DNA from: Chiloscyllium plagiosum
Lineage: Eukaryota
DNA length: 64,000 nt
Reading direction: 5' to 3'
NCBI RefSeq assembly: GCF_004010195.1
Contig: NC_057759.1
Span: forward strand, 2,213,199-2,277,198
The notes under the pieces were generated by a model. That model was given only the letters and a program-made list of their open reading frames with translations, made no database searches and was not told the DNA's origin. Position 1 is the first letter of the stretch; each line of letters opens with the position of its first letter. A program made the translations under genes and the position numbers. Positions 22,971-36,649 of the stretch are shown piece by piece.

Positions 22971-24660
22971 ATCTGCACACTCACTTCCAATGACTGGCAT
23001 ATAGAGGACACCCAAATCTGATTTGACATCACCCTTTCTCATACTTAGACTTTGTTGTCACGTGTACTCAAGGCACCATCTTAGGTACAAGTAAGTAGGT
23101 ACAGAATCATAAGAACAGGGTAAAAAGAAAGAACGTTACAGTAATTTTTTTTAAGTAGAAAAATGAAGAAATAAATCGAGAAGTCAAACATTCCAGTCTT
23201 TTGAAAGTGTTTAGCCACTCTGGGATTGCACGTGCTACAAGGGTCCAATCTCCTCCTCTTTGCCATACTTTGTCCACACAGCCTATTCCAGGACAGCCCA
23301 CACTAGGTCACCCACACCACTGCTGAAAGAACTGCTGTTCCTTCTGATCTACCCAGTGTATGGATTCAGGCCTAACGCATTGCTGCAGCTATCTGATGCC
23401 AATCACAGATGCTGCCTTCTCCATTGACTGCAGAGGCTCCTTGTTGTTGAAAGCCAATGCCAATGCTGTCTTCTCGAGTCCTGCACTGAACTCACCGATG
23501 TCGAAGACAGCCACGCTGGTGCCAGTACTCAAAGTTTGGAGCTTGTACTGGTGAACTTTAATCTATTTTCTCTCTGCTGAAGAGGACAGGGCAATCACAT
23601 AATTGCGTGTATCCCATGAATGTTGAGCTGTTGCCTCCAGTGAGACATTCCCTCTGTCGGGGTAACACATATGGAATATTGCACTGTGCCCTCGGTCTTT
23701 TGTAAAAAAACAAATTTCCAGTCACAGTTCTGCCTATTGTACACTGCGCAGTGAGATGCAATTCCAAGATGACACTGATACCCAGCATCTGAAATACCAA
23801 TGCAGTTTTACTTCCTTGCACATTTTCTCTTCTTTCCATTGAACCAAGCAATTGCAACATTGCTTTCACGCATCTTGCGAAAAAAAAAGCACTCCACTGA
23901 CTGCAGTGCAAGTCCTTCAAAAGATTTTTTAAAAGAGAGAAGTGTCGAAATAAGGAAGTAGTGTGCAGATTCTTACGGAGTTTGTCAGTGCAATTCACTC
24001 ACTCTGTTGGAGAGGCTGCTAGCTTCAGGACTGTTTCTTTTCTGGAAATAATTGACACCTATCCCTTCTTGTGGTGAAGTGTTATGTGCGAACATTAGCT
24101 GGATTCTCCCATTCCATCAACACAGTAAGTAAATCACCAAATGATTTATTAAGTGCCTGAATTCTGGCACAAGTTCACTAAGACACATTGTCCGATGGTG
24201 TAGCATTTCAGTACTTTACTTGACCAGTCTTTCATTAGAGTTGCTGTCTAATTAGTGCATTTTTCTCACACAGTTTAAGACTTATTGTTTGTGATTTGAA
24301 CCTTTTTTACTTTTAAATCTGACTGAGTGTAACTCCATTCTTAGCATTATGTTAGGCAACAAATCCTTCCCAACGGGATAATACGTGAGGGGTGATCATT
24401 CACATTAAACCAGGGCTGAGCAGTGACAGTGTTAATGCAATTTTGATGGATGTGCACTCCTTTATGGCAATCTCTTAAACAACGTGTCTTTACTGCAACA
24501 TACTTTAATCCTAAAAAAACATAATACTCAACATTTAATCAGGAAATATCTTATCTGTCTGTCTATCTATCTGATTAATATTGTCCAAACTATCCATCGA
24601 TCCTATCAAATCTACCCTCACATACATAATTTCTTCACTGAGACTCCAACTTACTTGGAG

Positions 24661-24870
24661 GAGAAAGTGAGGACTGCAGATGCTGGAGATCAGAGCTGAA
24701 AATGTGTTGCTGGAAAAGCGCAGCAGGTCAGGCAGCATCCAAGGAACAGGAGAAACGATGTTTCGGGCATAAGCCTTCCTGAGGAAGAGCTTATGCCCGA
24801 AACGTCGATTCTCCGGTTCCTTGGATGCTGCCTGATCTGCTACGCTTTTCCAGCAACACATTTTCAGCTT
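24661..24870. mobile_element. Palindromic PLE-derived mini-element with hammerhead (12.7-kb family)
   Basis: Inverted arms around 24775; CTGAGGA (24779-24785)..GCCC-GAAA-CG-TC; 14-bp TSD CAACTTACTTGGAG at 24647-24660 and 24871-24884. Confidence 0.85.
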
Positions 24871-25249
24871 CAACTTACTTGGAGTGTACATGAAATAAAA
24901 GAGTTGTTAATGCCGCTTTTCCAGGCCAGGAGATAAATTACATTGTTTTGAAGCTGTCATTTACAGAAACACATTTTTGTCAGATATCCTTACTGAAAAT
25001 ACTTGCTTCAATAAAGCTTGACTCAGTCATTTCGAATCTTCAGTTCCTCCTTGAGACCAAGGACAGCTGGCGTCTAATCTCACACAGTACGTTTTCATAA
25101 CCACGGCATTCATTCAGAGAACAAGTCTTTGAGCCGACATGTCTATAAATTGTGCGTTTCCAAGCAGCGTTTCATAATTAGGAAAGGAAAATAGTTTAGT
25201 ATAATTCTGAGAGAAAAGAAACAGAAAGTGCTGCTTTCGCAAGGGAGGA

Positions 25250-28200
25250 AGGTTAGAACACGAGTGGGCGATTCAACCCTTTGAATCTGCCATCCCATTG
25301 AGTATGATCAAGGCTGATTGAGCACTTCAATTCAATTTACACACCCCATTCTCAAAACCCAGTTAACGATTGGAAATCAGAAATCTCTCAGCCCCGACCT
25401 TAAACATACACAGTGATTGAATGATCCAAGCCCCCTGAAGGTCCAGAATTCTGAAGGATTACAATCCACTGCGCAAAACAAAACAAATTCTCATCTCGGA
25501 CCAAAGTACCACTTTTTTCAAAATCCTGCCTGGCTCTAGTTGCCCCCAAACAGCAAACATTAAACCCGTATCTACCATGTCCCTCACTTTAAGGGTTGTG
25601 TTACTGTGTTTTCAATGATATCATCGCTCATCCATCCAAAACCTCAATACACAGGCCCAGTTTGCCGACCCTCTCTTCATAGAATATTGTCCCCGTCCCA
25701 TGCACAAGTCTGGTGAATCTTCATAGCCCTCTCTCCGCATGGAAGTGACATCATTCTGACCCAAACTGCACACAGTCCTGCAGGTCCAAAGTCCAGTGTG
25801 TTTGAAACAAGACTTCACTGCTCCTGTGCTTAAATCCTCTTGTAATAAAGGTTAATATTCCATTAGCCTTTTGACAAGCATATTCTGGCATTGAGCAATG
25901 CATCAAAGATTTCTGCCGTAACAGTGCCTCTATATCCTGGGTGACTTTAATTTGCATTTGGACTGGACAAAACAATGTGGTAGACTATTTCCATGAGCAT
26001 GTGTGTGTTTGTCATTTATTCATGTCTAAGTTGTGGGTATTGCTGGCTGGAGAGTATCTGCTGCCCAGACAGTATCTGCTGCCCATCCCTAGTTGTCCTT
26101 GAGAAGGTGGTGGTGAGCCACCTTCTTGAAGTTTGTGTGTGTAATTGAGGAAGAGATGGCTCTTTAGACCAAACCTTGAAGAACCAACCAGCCAACAAGG
26201 TGTTCTAGATGGGATACTTTGCAATGAGAAATGGTGAATTAACAAGTTTGTTATGTACAGTTCCCTTGGGAAAGAGTAATCATAATATGACAGCATTCTT
26301 CATCAAGTTGAAGGGCCAAGTTGTTGAACTAGAAGCTGGCACCTTGAATCTAAATAAAGGGAACTATGAGTGTAAGAGACACAAATTGGCAAGGATGGAT
26401 TGTGGAGCTATATTAAAGTGTTTGATGGTGGGTCGGGTTCAACGTGGATATACCATCTTTCTGAGTTAAGAAGACCCAAAGTTCACACAGTCCTCCATAT
26501 GCAGCCTCAGCAAAGTCCAGTGTGTTTGAGACAAGACTTCACTCCTCCTGTTCTCAAATCCATAAAAAGGGTTCATGTTTAAAGATAGCATTCTGTGAAT
26601 TACTCATTCCGGTCTGATGCAAGTAAAAAAAAAAGGAAAGGTGGCTCTGCTATGTGTTTCAAAATTGGTCATCGAGAGTACAGAACCAAAGAGCAGAGAT
26701 GTAAAATTGCTTGAGAAAAGGAAACATCCTCAGGATTCAGAGCATTTTAGAAATCTGCAAAAAAAAAGGAAAATAAATGCTCAAGAATGGAAAATAGTGC
26801 AGGAGAATAAATTTGTAGTGAACATAGAAATTTGCTGTAATAAATAAAAATATAAATATGTGAGAACAACAAGTTTATAAAGATAAATGCAGATCTAGAG
26901 CAGTAAGAATCCAAGTGAAATTATATTGGGGAACAAAGAAGTGGCAGAAGATTACGACACATATTTTACTTCTGTCTTCACAAACGAGGACTCAAGGAAG
27001 TGGCTGAAATGTTAGAGAACAAGGGGTTGAGTGAGAGGGTAAAAGTGAACGAAATGGTGCTGGGGTAAATAACAATGTTAAAGGTAGAAAATCAATAATA
27101 CCTGATCATCTACACCCCAGAGTAGTGAATGAATGTACCCTGGAAACATAACTTGCATTAAAAACAAAGGACAGTACAGCACAGGAACAGGCCTTTCACA
27201 CCTCCAAAACTCTGCCATAATATTTTGCCCTTGTGTATTAGTCTGTGTCCCTCTGCTCCTTCCTGTGCATGCATTTGTCCAGGTGTTTCTTGAATGCAGT
27301 TATGTTGTCAGCTTCCATCACCACCTCTGGCAATGGATTCCAGGCACTCACTATCCTATGTGTGAAAAGCCTGCCTCGCAAAACTCTTTTAGACTTCCCT
27401 ACCCACCCTCCCCCAGCACCTGTCTCCTAGCAATTGAGCCCTCCACACAGGGAAAAAGCCTCATACCTTCCACTCTATCCATGTCATTCACAATCTTATA
27501 AACGTTGATCAGGTCGTCCCTCATCTACCTGCCTTCCAGTGAAAATAAACCCAGTCTATCCAACCTTTCTTCATAGCTAAAATCCCCCAATAGCAGGCAA
27601 CATCCTGGTAAACCTTTTCTGCATCTTGTCCAAACCATTCACATCCTTCTGGTAGTGTGGTGACCAGAACTGTATACAATATTCCAAAGGTGGCCTAACT
27701 AAAGTTGTATGGAGCTGCAACATAACCCGCCTATCCTTACCCTCAATGCCCCTCCCAATGAAGGCAAGCATGCCGTAGGTCTTTTTCGCTACCTTATTAT
27801 TGCACCTGCCACACATATGTTTAAATTCTTATAATCAGCAAAAGAACTGTGAAGTGAACCTTAATCATGATACACAATATTACTCATTTATTTGGCATCA
27901 TTAATATTGGAACAATAAAGTATACTAGAAACTAATGATACACACTAGAAACTATCTTAAACTTTACTTAACTTTGTATGATCATATACCACCACACTAG
28001 AATTTGGCCAGGCTCCACATGGTGATGTCTTCCTCTTCTTCCAATGGTCTTGAATGTGTCCTCTCTTTCGGTGGTGATTCTCGAGTTTCCATGTTGAGTG
28101 GGGTTCTGTGGCAATTCTCACCCTTCTGAATCGTCACGCCCTTTTGGGAGGGTCTTGAGGATCTACCAATGGATTGATTAGGTTTGATTACCTTTTTGAT

Positions 28201-29880
28201 CAGACCCAACAAGGTGTTGGCATATTCATGATAGTGTAGCCCTTAGTTGTCCATTTTAGTAGGTGCTGGGTGCACACAGCTCCCTCCATATAAGGGTGCT
28301 GTGTGCCTCCATGTCTAGCGAATGACTCGATTGCTCCTGATTGTCCTGGGGTGACATTCCATTGTCCCATTCAGTGTCCCAACTCCAGCTGTGTAGTACA
28401 GGGCCTGCAGCTGTCAGGTTTGTTTGCAAACTGTCTGTGGGCAGCTACGGACTGTCTGTATTCTGCAGCATGTGGATTGAGACAGTCACTTTAGTTAAGC
28501 TGCGTTCCATTTTCCAGCATACTTCAAATAATGGCCACTGTATTGAAGTTCATCATAAATGAATTATTTTGGGCAGCCTGTCCAGTCACACTATCTACCT
28601 GCGCTGCCACCTTCAGTGGTCTGTAGACCTGCACACCCCAGATCCCTTTACATTTCAATACTCCTGAGGGTTCAGCCATTCATTGTATATTTTCCACCTC
28701 TACATAACATTCCAAAATGCATCAACCCACATTTTTCAGTTTTCTTCCCATGCTTTCAACTGATCTATATCCTGCTGTATCCTCTGACAATCTTCCTCAA
28801 TATCCGTAACTCCAACAAACTCTGTACTGTCTGCAAATTTATTAATTAGAACTGCCACGTTTTCCTCCAACTCATTTATGTAGATCACGAAAAGCAGAGG
28901 TCCCAGCACTGATCCCTATGGAACACCACTAGTCACAAGCGTCCAGTCCGAAAAACATCCTTCCACCATTACCTTCTGTTTCCTATGTCTAAGCCAGTTC
29001 TGTATGCATCTTACCAGCTCACATTTGATACCATGTAACATTGCCTTTTTAACCAGTCTGTCATGAAAGATCTTGTCAAAGGCTTTACTGAAGTCCAAGT
29101 ACACAATATCAACTTCTCCCTCATCAATTATCTTTGTCTCCTTCTCAAAAACTCGATCAAGTTAGTGAGGTGTGACTATGGTATCGATCGCAAATAAGTC
29201 AATATGCTTCTAAATGCATATAGCTCTTGTCCTGAAGAATTGTTACCAATAAATTCTCTACCATCAGCATGGGACGCACAGGCCTGTAATTTCCTGGATT
29301 ATCTCTGATAGCCTTCTTAAACAATGAGGTAACATTGGCTATTTTCCAGTTCCCTGGGACCTTACCTGTGGCCAAAGCAGATACAAAGATGTCTGTCAAC
29401 GTTCCAGCAATTTGCTCACTTAGCTGCCTCAATATTCTGGAATAGATCCATCAGGGACTAGGGACGTATCTCCCTTTCAACTTTTAAGATACGCAGCACC
29501 CCTTTTTAACTGCAACTTGGCTTGGTTTAATGATCATCTTCCAAAATTTTGTAGACCTTAGAGCATGTCCAATAGATTGCAACACTCTTTTCTTTTTACA
29601 TATCCACAGAAGCTCGTTTTTTGTATATTTTTACTTTCACCATAAATTTTCTCTGTTCTGAGCACCGTCTGTGTGTTCCTGAACGATGTCCAAATCTCTG
29701 ACTGACCTTTGTTTTGAATTGGACAGCACTCATTGACCGCCTTTCCCAACCATGGGTGATTCTGCTTTCTTGTTGAGTTCTGCTTTTTAACCTGAATGTT
29801 TTTTAATTTGCATTGATAGTTTTGAGACATCTTTTTCAAAATCTGACCCTGCTTATCAGCCGAGATTCTCCTTGCTCCTT
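25250..29880. mobile_element. Cluster of nested, decayed CR1 LINE fragments in both orientations
   Basis: YLDFSKAFDKI, TLVRPPLEYCIQFWSP and DNPGNYRPV pieces; an unclassified insert at ~27813-28580. Confidence 0.8.
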
Positions 29881-29894
29881 TCGTAGCCTCCTCT

Positions 29895-30230
29895 TATAAT
29901 GATTAGAACGAGGTCAGCCAGGTGGACCTCATAGAATCTGAGTTCCCTGATTGGGGATGATGGTCTAGTCCAAGCTGGGAGTCCTGACTGACAGATATAA
30001 GCAGAAATATCAGAGCTTCTGTTCACATTAGGCGGTGTTCAGTTTAGCTGGGTCAGTGTCATGTACTATGCACGTGTAACTATTTCAGTGGTGAAAAGAG
30101 AAAAACGCACTGTTGAAGTGATTCATTTGCAAGAGTTGTCTTTAAATTTGTGGCATCATGCCATTATTAGGAAAGCATGACTTGTGAGATCCTTCCAAAG
30201 ACTAGGCCCAGTATATCGACAAAATGACAT
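29895..30230 (+). mobile_element. Gypsy-type LTR, degenerate PBS and start of gag
   Basis: LTR with GATATAAG ending TATTTCA, then TGGTGAAAAG (PBS-like), then MPLLGKHDL*DPSKD*AQYIDKM resembling Gypsy Gag N-termini. Confidence 0.6.
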
Positions 30231-30719
30231 CGGGGCAGATGAAAAGCAATAAGCAATTCTCCTGACATAGATTCTATATTTTCATTTAGAACCTCACCCA
30301 TCTCTTGTTGCTCTCACATTGAGACATTGTTGGTTTTGAAGAGGCCCTCTTCTCTCCTTAATTACTCCCTTATCCTTCATCTACTTTGGATTCTCCTTAA
30401 CCTTATCTGCCAAAGACATCTCATGTCCACTTATACACTACTGACTTCTCTCTTAAATACACTGTGACACTCTCTATAATCCTCAAGGAATTCACTGGAT
30501 GACAGCTACCTATACATGTCATTTGCCTCCTTCCTTTCCAAGACCAGGGCCTCTATATCTCTAGTCATCCAGGGTTCCCTACTTCTGACTGGAACACGCT
30601 GGCCCTGAGCGCTCATTAACTCACTTTTGCGAGCATCTCATTTATCAGATGTCCCTTTGCCTGCACCCAGCTTCCCTGAATCAACTCATGAAAGTTCCTG
30701 TCAAAGTCGATCAAAATTG

Positions 30720-31480
30720 ACCTTGCTCCTGTTGAAAATTTAACTTGTGCACCTTTCCTCTTCCATAGCTGTCAAAAGTAATAGAATTATTGTCACCATT
30801 CACAAAGTGCTCACTTACTAACACTTCTGAGACTTGCCCTGCATTATTTCTCAAGAGGAGGTCAAGTTTTGCGCCTTCTCTAATCGAGCCATATACAAAC
30901 TACATGAGAAATTATTCCTGAGCACATTCAAATTTCTCTCCAACCAAGCCCTCAACACCATAGCAGCCCAGGTCAATGTTAGGAAAGTGAAAATCTCCTA
31001 TTATTACCATTCTATTATCCTTGCAGCTATCTATGATCTCCTTACATATTTGCTCCTCAATCTCCCACTGTCTATTGGGAGAGGCCTATAGTAGATGGCA
31101 TTAAAGTGATCTTGCCCTTTTTATTTCTCAGTTCTACCCACATAGACTCAGTGAATCATCCCTCAAGAATGTCCTTACTCAGGACTGCTGCGATGTTCTC
31201 CCTAATCAAAAAAGAACTCCCGCCACCCCCCCCCCCCCCCGCTCCTCTCTTGCCTCCCCTTTTATTCCTCCTATAATATCTGTTCCCTGGAACATTGAGC
31301 TATAAGTCCTGTCCCTCTCTCAGCCATGTTTCTGTAATAGCTGTAATCTCTCAGGCCCATGTAAAAATCCATGCCCTCAGTTCAGTTGCCTTATCTATCA
31401 GGCTTCCTACCTTGAAATAAATGCAGTTTAACCCAGATTTCCCTTGCTTTCTGTTATGCCCGTGTCTGTTCTGTCGAGTA
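30720..31480 (-). mobile_element. CR1 LINE fragment (endonuclease region)
   Basis: Similar to the 50.3-50.9 kb piece with its GDFNFTNVDW APE motif; heavily decayed. Confidence 0.65.
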
Positions 31481-31534
31481 TTAGGATAATCAGCACTGCC
31501 TTTGCTTGTTAATTGCTGTCATTACCTTCTGTAC

Positions 31535-32256
31535 TGTGAGAAACAAAGCTTACTCAATTGAATAATTTCAGTCCGAGACCAAGATCTGAAGCAGTAGTAT
31601 TGTTTATTACGCTCTTGCACGAGGGGTGTGGTGTCTAATATTTACAAGGTAGTCACACACACACCGAGTTTAACGAGTACACAATATTTATGTAATTAAT
31701 TTCTCTTCCCTCCTCCCATTGCTCCTCCCCTGTTTATATCTGTCACTACTCTGAACCCTGTTTATCTCTGAACGCAGCTGGCCTTGTCAGTGACAAAATA
31801 CTTATTTCTGGCCTCACAAGGCCATTTGAGCACGTTCCTCTGTAGTCTTATTGTTATATATCCTTCTTCACTGCCATCTGTTTCCATGCTAGCCAAAGCA
31901 ACATTTCCTTTTACTCTTTGCCCAAACTGAGCCTTATGACCTCTTGATTGTGTTTTGTTCTTGTTTTTGCAGAAGCGGGAAACAGGTGCTTATAACTACT
32001 GTTTGTACAGGCATATCTAACTTAACCCCTCCCCTCATAGCACCTTATCTATTTGTCTGTAGCATCTACCATTGTTTGCAGGCACATTTCATTCTTGTAT
32101 GCACATTTTAGCTAATGCAAAAGCAATTATATATTTCCTTCACATAGTTTTCATTCTTGTTAATTCAGCTCTTGGCTGAAACAATTATACACTGGTGTGA
32201 GTTCATTTACCTTGCATAAGTAATTATGATTGCAGAAGTAACACCTATATCCCACA
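31535..32256 (-). mobile_element. ERV 3' LTR (~722 bp)
   Basis: On minus it starts TGTGGGA right after the PPT AAAAAGGGGGAAAT, ends TCTCACA, and has AATAAA at 31603-31608. Confidence 0.8.
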
Positions 32257-32272
32257 ATTTCCCCCTTTTTAT

Positions 32273-33966
32273 TTAATTATCATTTGTTACTTCTGCATTT
32301 TTCTTATATGTCGCTTCCAAATTGACGAGCATCTTTCCCGAAATTTCATTTATTTTGGAAATCACCCTGAGGTCACTTATTGCTTCATTGTTTAACAGGT
32401 AGAGCCCTTCTCTCTGATTGCTCTTTAGGGGCATTTGTTTCATTAAGGCTGTCTCAATCAGTCTTTGGGTGAGCCCTGCAATACAGGGTATGATGCAACA
32501 GTCAATGGCTACCGATACCCCGGCTACTACTATCAGGGAAGTAAGGACGAAAACCACCATCCCATTCCATTTTCCAAACCATGATTCAAGCCATCCTGTG
32601 AGAGATGTGTCAACCTCTGAATTCTCAGCCAGTTCCTCTGCTAAGGTAGTCAACCCCCTTACGGCCCGAGTAATTGAACCATCAGGTGCAGTGTTATTAG
32701 AATAAAGGTACAACAGCTTCCTCCTAACATAACACACATACATACCATTTTTCTGCTAGAATCATATCAAGGGCCATTCTGTTTTCCCATGCCATCCTAC
32801 TTGTCGCATCAAGCTGTTCTGCTATTCCTTTAACTGCATCTCTTGTATAATTTATAAATTGCTGCTGATTATAGAAAATGTAATTTATCCAATCTACATT
32901 TTTATTAATCGTTACCCACCAAAAAGAGCTGACTCAAAGCCTGCTGCAATCTGGTTGCGAGCCTTGAACTCATCCGGTAACCCCCCTCTTGGAACTCCTA
33001 TAGAGTCTAGATAAATCCTGCCATCAAAAGAGGTGCCTAATAATGATCTTTTACTTCTTCCCTTTTTCTCTACTATCTTGTCCTTCTCAAAAGCCAGGGT
33101 AAATTGAATTATCAATTGTACAATTGCACATATCCCTCTCCAATCCAGAGGTGGGGTGTGTCACAATACTTTGCCTCCACAGTACCACCACAGATCCGCT
33201 CGGGGAACCTTTAGTGCTAAGTAGTTCCCTCCCTTGTCCGTTTCAGTGACATTCTTAATCTCTGTACACAATTTCACCTCCCCCAAGTCTCTGGACCGAT
33301 TTGTACCTCGCCAACAAACACGACGTGTGATTTCCAACTGCAGCTGAAAACGTAGGGGGGCTTTTAAGTCTTTCTTCTCCAAGGGAGGGAACATCAGAGA
33401 TAGGGAGGTACACTTCCTATCATTCCATGCAGTCTCATCCTGGTACAGAGCTATCATACATTTCATGCCTTTCCTGTCTCGCTTCCACCGAAGTGGAAAG
33501 GGAACTACCTGGGCCACTGGCCTACCGGAGGCACATGCATAGCAATTGCTTTTGTTCAGACTTTTTACAGTATACTTTACCCATTCAACCCAGGCATTTG
33601 CATCCCCGTACCCAGTTTCTATTTCGTGGTTTTCTCTATCGTTAGGTATATTGAGTTATGCTCTTTATTGGGACAATCGAGAGCTGGTCGGAAGGGGGCC
33701 TGGTGTACTGTGACGAGACGAATATAACAAGTACCATCTCCAAGGTCATCCCCAAAGGACTTAAGATGTATCTCTGAGCTGCGGTACTGTCTCTGATTAT
33801 CTACATCCCCACAATTTACTAAACTGCATGCAGCAGCGTCTATTACTTGCGGATTATCAGACTCAGGAACCGTTAATAACACATATGAAAATAATGTTTG
33901 ACAAAATCCCAATATTAAGAGAGCTTGTACCATAACCCTAAGCACCCAGAGCATTCTAAAAATCAT
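32273..33966 (-). pseudogene. env: Class I ERV env (ERV-Pb/PABLB-like TM), frameshifted
   Basis: Signal-like N-terminus, CYAC CXXC motif, furin site RSKR, YLDSIGVPRG..PDEFKARNQIAAGFES, ISD WENRMALDMILA, CX6CC (CVMLGGSCC), NNTAPDGSITRA, hydrophobic TM. Confidence 0.92.
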
Positions 33967-34104
33967 GTTGAAGCACCAAAAGACTTAATATACAATCCCA
34001 TAGAAATAATCCCGCGCTCGCGTTGCCACTGTATAATCAGTTACTCAAAGTCTCTTTAGCTTGCGTTTCAGTGATTCTTGCATTGATTCAGTTGTCCTGA
34101 CTTC

Positions 34105-34515
34105 TTACTCAACTGGAGATTCCACTGGCCCTTTGATCCGAGTGTAGTGAGTCCAGCCTTTCTCTGCCGTTTTTATCGCCATTTCGGTAGTCAAAAGAGC
34201 CTGGTACGGCCCTTTCCAGTCCGGTTGCAACTTAGTCTTTGTCCATGATTTTACTAAGACCCAATCCCCCGGTCGAATCGGATGAACAGTGAATTCCAGG
34301 GGCGGAGTCCCTTCCAATAAACCCTGTTTCCTGAGGAAAGACAAAGAGGAGGACAAGCCCAGTATATACTTCTTTAAAAACAAATCTTTAGTTTCTGAGT
34401 TTGGCAGTGATCAGAGATAGGAGCCTTCCGAGGACCTGGGACAGTAGGTATTAAGGAATAAACCACCGCTTCCTGTGGATTCTGGGCAGCTTCTTTAGTT
34501 ACCTCATCGGCCAGT
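34105..34515 (-). pseudogene. pol: ERV pol remnant: RNase H end fused to integrase C-terminus
   Basis: LADEVTKEAA (RNase H end) lies just upstream of HPIRPGDWVLVK..WKGPYQALLTT..WTHYTRIK (GPY/F module); integrase core absent. Confidence 0.85.
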
Positions 34516-35424
34516 GATGTAGCTGTCCATGTTTCAATTAACAATGAATTAATGCAGTCATGTTTTAATTAACCATGAATCAATATGACAGGTCACTTAA
34601 AATGTTTGAAGAAATCCTGCCAATTAATATTGATTTGGGCTAACACAATCGATTTATTATAAACATTCATTATTAATTACATAGTATATAAATAAAATAA
34701 ACATTATCTGTAATTCAGGGTGGAAACGCAACAAGTGTGACCTCAACCTTCTCTTTCATCTCCCCAATGCTTTGGATCCCACGTCCCTATCAGAATATAT
34801 TAAACACTCCCGAATGGCTCGAGCAAATCTTTCCACGAGAATATTGGTCCCCCTCCAGCTTGAATGCAACCCATCCCTCTTGTACAGGAGATCTAACTGA
34901 GGGATATAAGACGCTGAAGAAGTGATTGGCAAAGGAGTTGGAGAAAGAATGCTTCCTTATGTGGTGCAACCTAAAACGAGAGGATCACTGTTTCAGGACA
35001 ATGGGATGGGACAGATTGGAAACAGAGATGGGGAGGAGTGGCTGAGCCTATTTCGCCCCAAGAACTGGATGGGGGAAAGGGAGCTGACCCAAAGGGTCAG
35101 TTTCTGTGCTATCAGTGAGGAGGAATTTCTTCTCTCCGAAAGGAGTCAATCTGTGGAATTATTTACCACACCGGGCTGTGGAGGCTGCATCGTTGAGTGT
35201 ATTGAAGGCTGAGATTTTAAACCAGGAGGGGGAATGGAGGGTAATGGGGAGTAGTGAAGAAAGGTCCCAATGACTGACGACTGTGTCCCACTCAATCTCT
35301 CTCATGCTGTTTGGCTGTGCCCTCTTCATCCACCACTCGCCTGCCACCAGCAGGAACAGACAAGCAGGAAACAGCAGACTGAATCACTGACTGTATACAC
35401 GCTCCAATCAGACAAGACTCTGTG

Positions 35425-35455
35425 ATGGATATCTTCTCTGCTCTCCTACTGCTCG
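35425..35455 (+). CDS. Candidate leader exon S1 of an FcR/FCRL-like gene (MDIFSALLLL+G)
   Basis: ATG plus 31 coding nt, hydrophobic, phase-1 donor G|GTATCT; upstream CAGGAA (ETS-like) sites and CCAAT at 35404. Confidence 0.6.
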
Positions 35456-35619
35456 GTATCTCCAGCTTTTATCACTATTTTGGGGTGGGTGCAAGGAATA
35501 AATCTGTCATTCAGCTCCTGCCCTCAGCTCAGTGTACAATGGGAATGTGAACAGAGGCACAATCATATTGTGTAAGGACAGCAGTGCACATGTGTGCTGG
35601 CATTTCCCAGACTGCTTAA

Positions 35620-36515
35620 CAAATATGTGCACACACGTGCACACGCTTACTCACACACACACACATTCTCACACTTGCTCACACACACTTGCACACATAC
35701 TTTCCAACACTGTTGTTCTCTCACACAGACACCCTCTTACATGCACTCCCACGATCTCTCACACTCACTCACAGTATATATCTCTCACGGACACACTCTC
35801 TAACACCCTTTCTCACAATCTCTCACAGTCTTCACGCACAGTCTCCCTCTCTCAAACTCTCTCATCCAAACACTCTCAGGAGAGTGCAGGAGAGAGAGAA
35901 AGAAGGTGTGAGAGAGAGGGCGTGAGAGAGAGTGAGGGTGTGAGCGAGAGAGTGAAGGTGTGTGTGTGAGAGAGAGAGATAGAGAGAGAGGGGGCAGCGT
36001 GAAAAGGAGATTGAGGGTGCAGGAGAGAGAGATTTTGTATGAGTGTGCGGGAGAGAGGGAGTGATGGCATGATAGGGAGAGTGAGGATACAGAGGAGGGA
36101 CAGAGTGAGGGTATGGGGGAGAGCCAGAGAAAGTGAAGGTGCGGGAAAGAGTGTAGGTGCAGGAGAGAGAGAGTGAGGGAGGGTGTGGGGAAGAGAGAGA
36201 GAATAAGGATAGGAGAGAGTGAGAATGTGAGGGTGAGAGAGAATGTGAGGTTGTAAGAGAGAGAGAGAGCTTGAGAATGTGGGAGAGAGCAGGAGAGTGT
36301 TAAAGTGCAGGAAATAGAGAATGAGGTTGTGGGAGAGAGAGACAGGGTGTGAGGGTGCAGGAGAGATAAAGGAAGAGTTAGGGTGCAGGCGATAAATGGA
36401 GCGAGTGAGGGTGTGTGTGAGGGTGCAGGAGAGAGAGAGAATGAAGGTGCGGGAAAGAGCGAGAATGAGGGTGCCGGGGAGATAGAGAGAAAGAGGCTGC
36501 AGGAGAGAGAGCACA
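35620..36515. repeat. Low-complexity (CA/TC)n tract abutting a (GA/GT)n tract
   Basis: Composition flips at ~35880. Confidence 0.9.
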
Positions 36516-36598
36516 ATTAACAACAGGCAATAAATGCTGGTCTCGTCAGCAATGCCCAAATCCCATGAGTGTATAAAGATAGTGTGTATGTTTCCAAG

Positions 36599-36619
36599 TA
36601 CACATGTTGTGGTGTACAT
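36599..36619 (+). CDS. Candidate 21-nt leader mini-exon S2
   Basis: tttccaAG|TACACATGTTGTGGTGTACAT|GTaaat; phase 1-1, gives V-H-M-L-W-C-T-S in frame with the flanking exons. Confidence 0.42.
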
Positions 36620-36649
36620 GTAAATGAATATGCATGATTGAATTGTAGA

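Noticed and set aside
23081..24200. Possible decayed DNA transposase or gene on minus
   Set aside because: Only faint resemblance across broken frames; no catalytic motif, TIR or splice structure I can support
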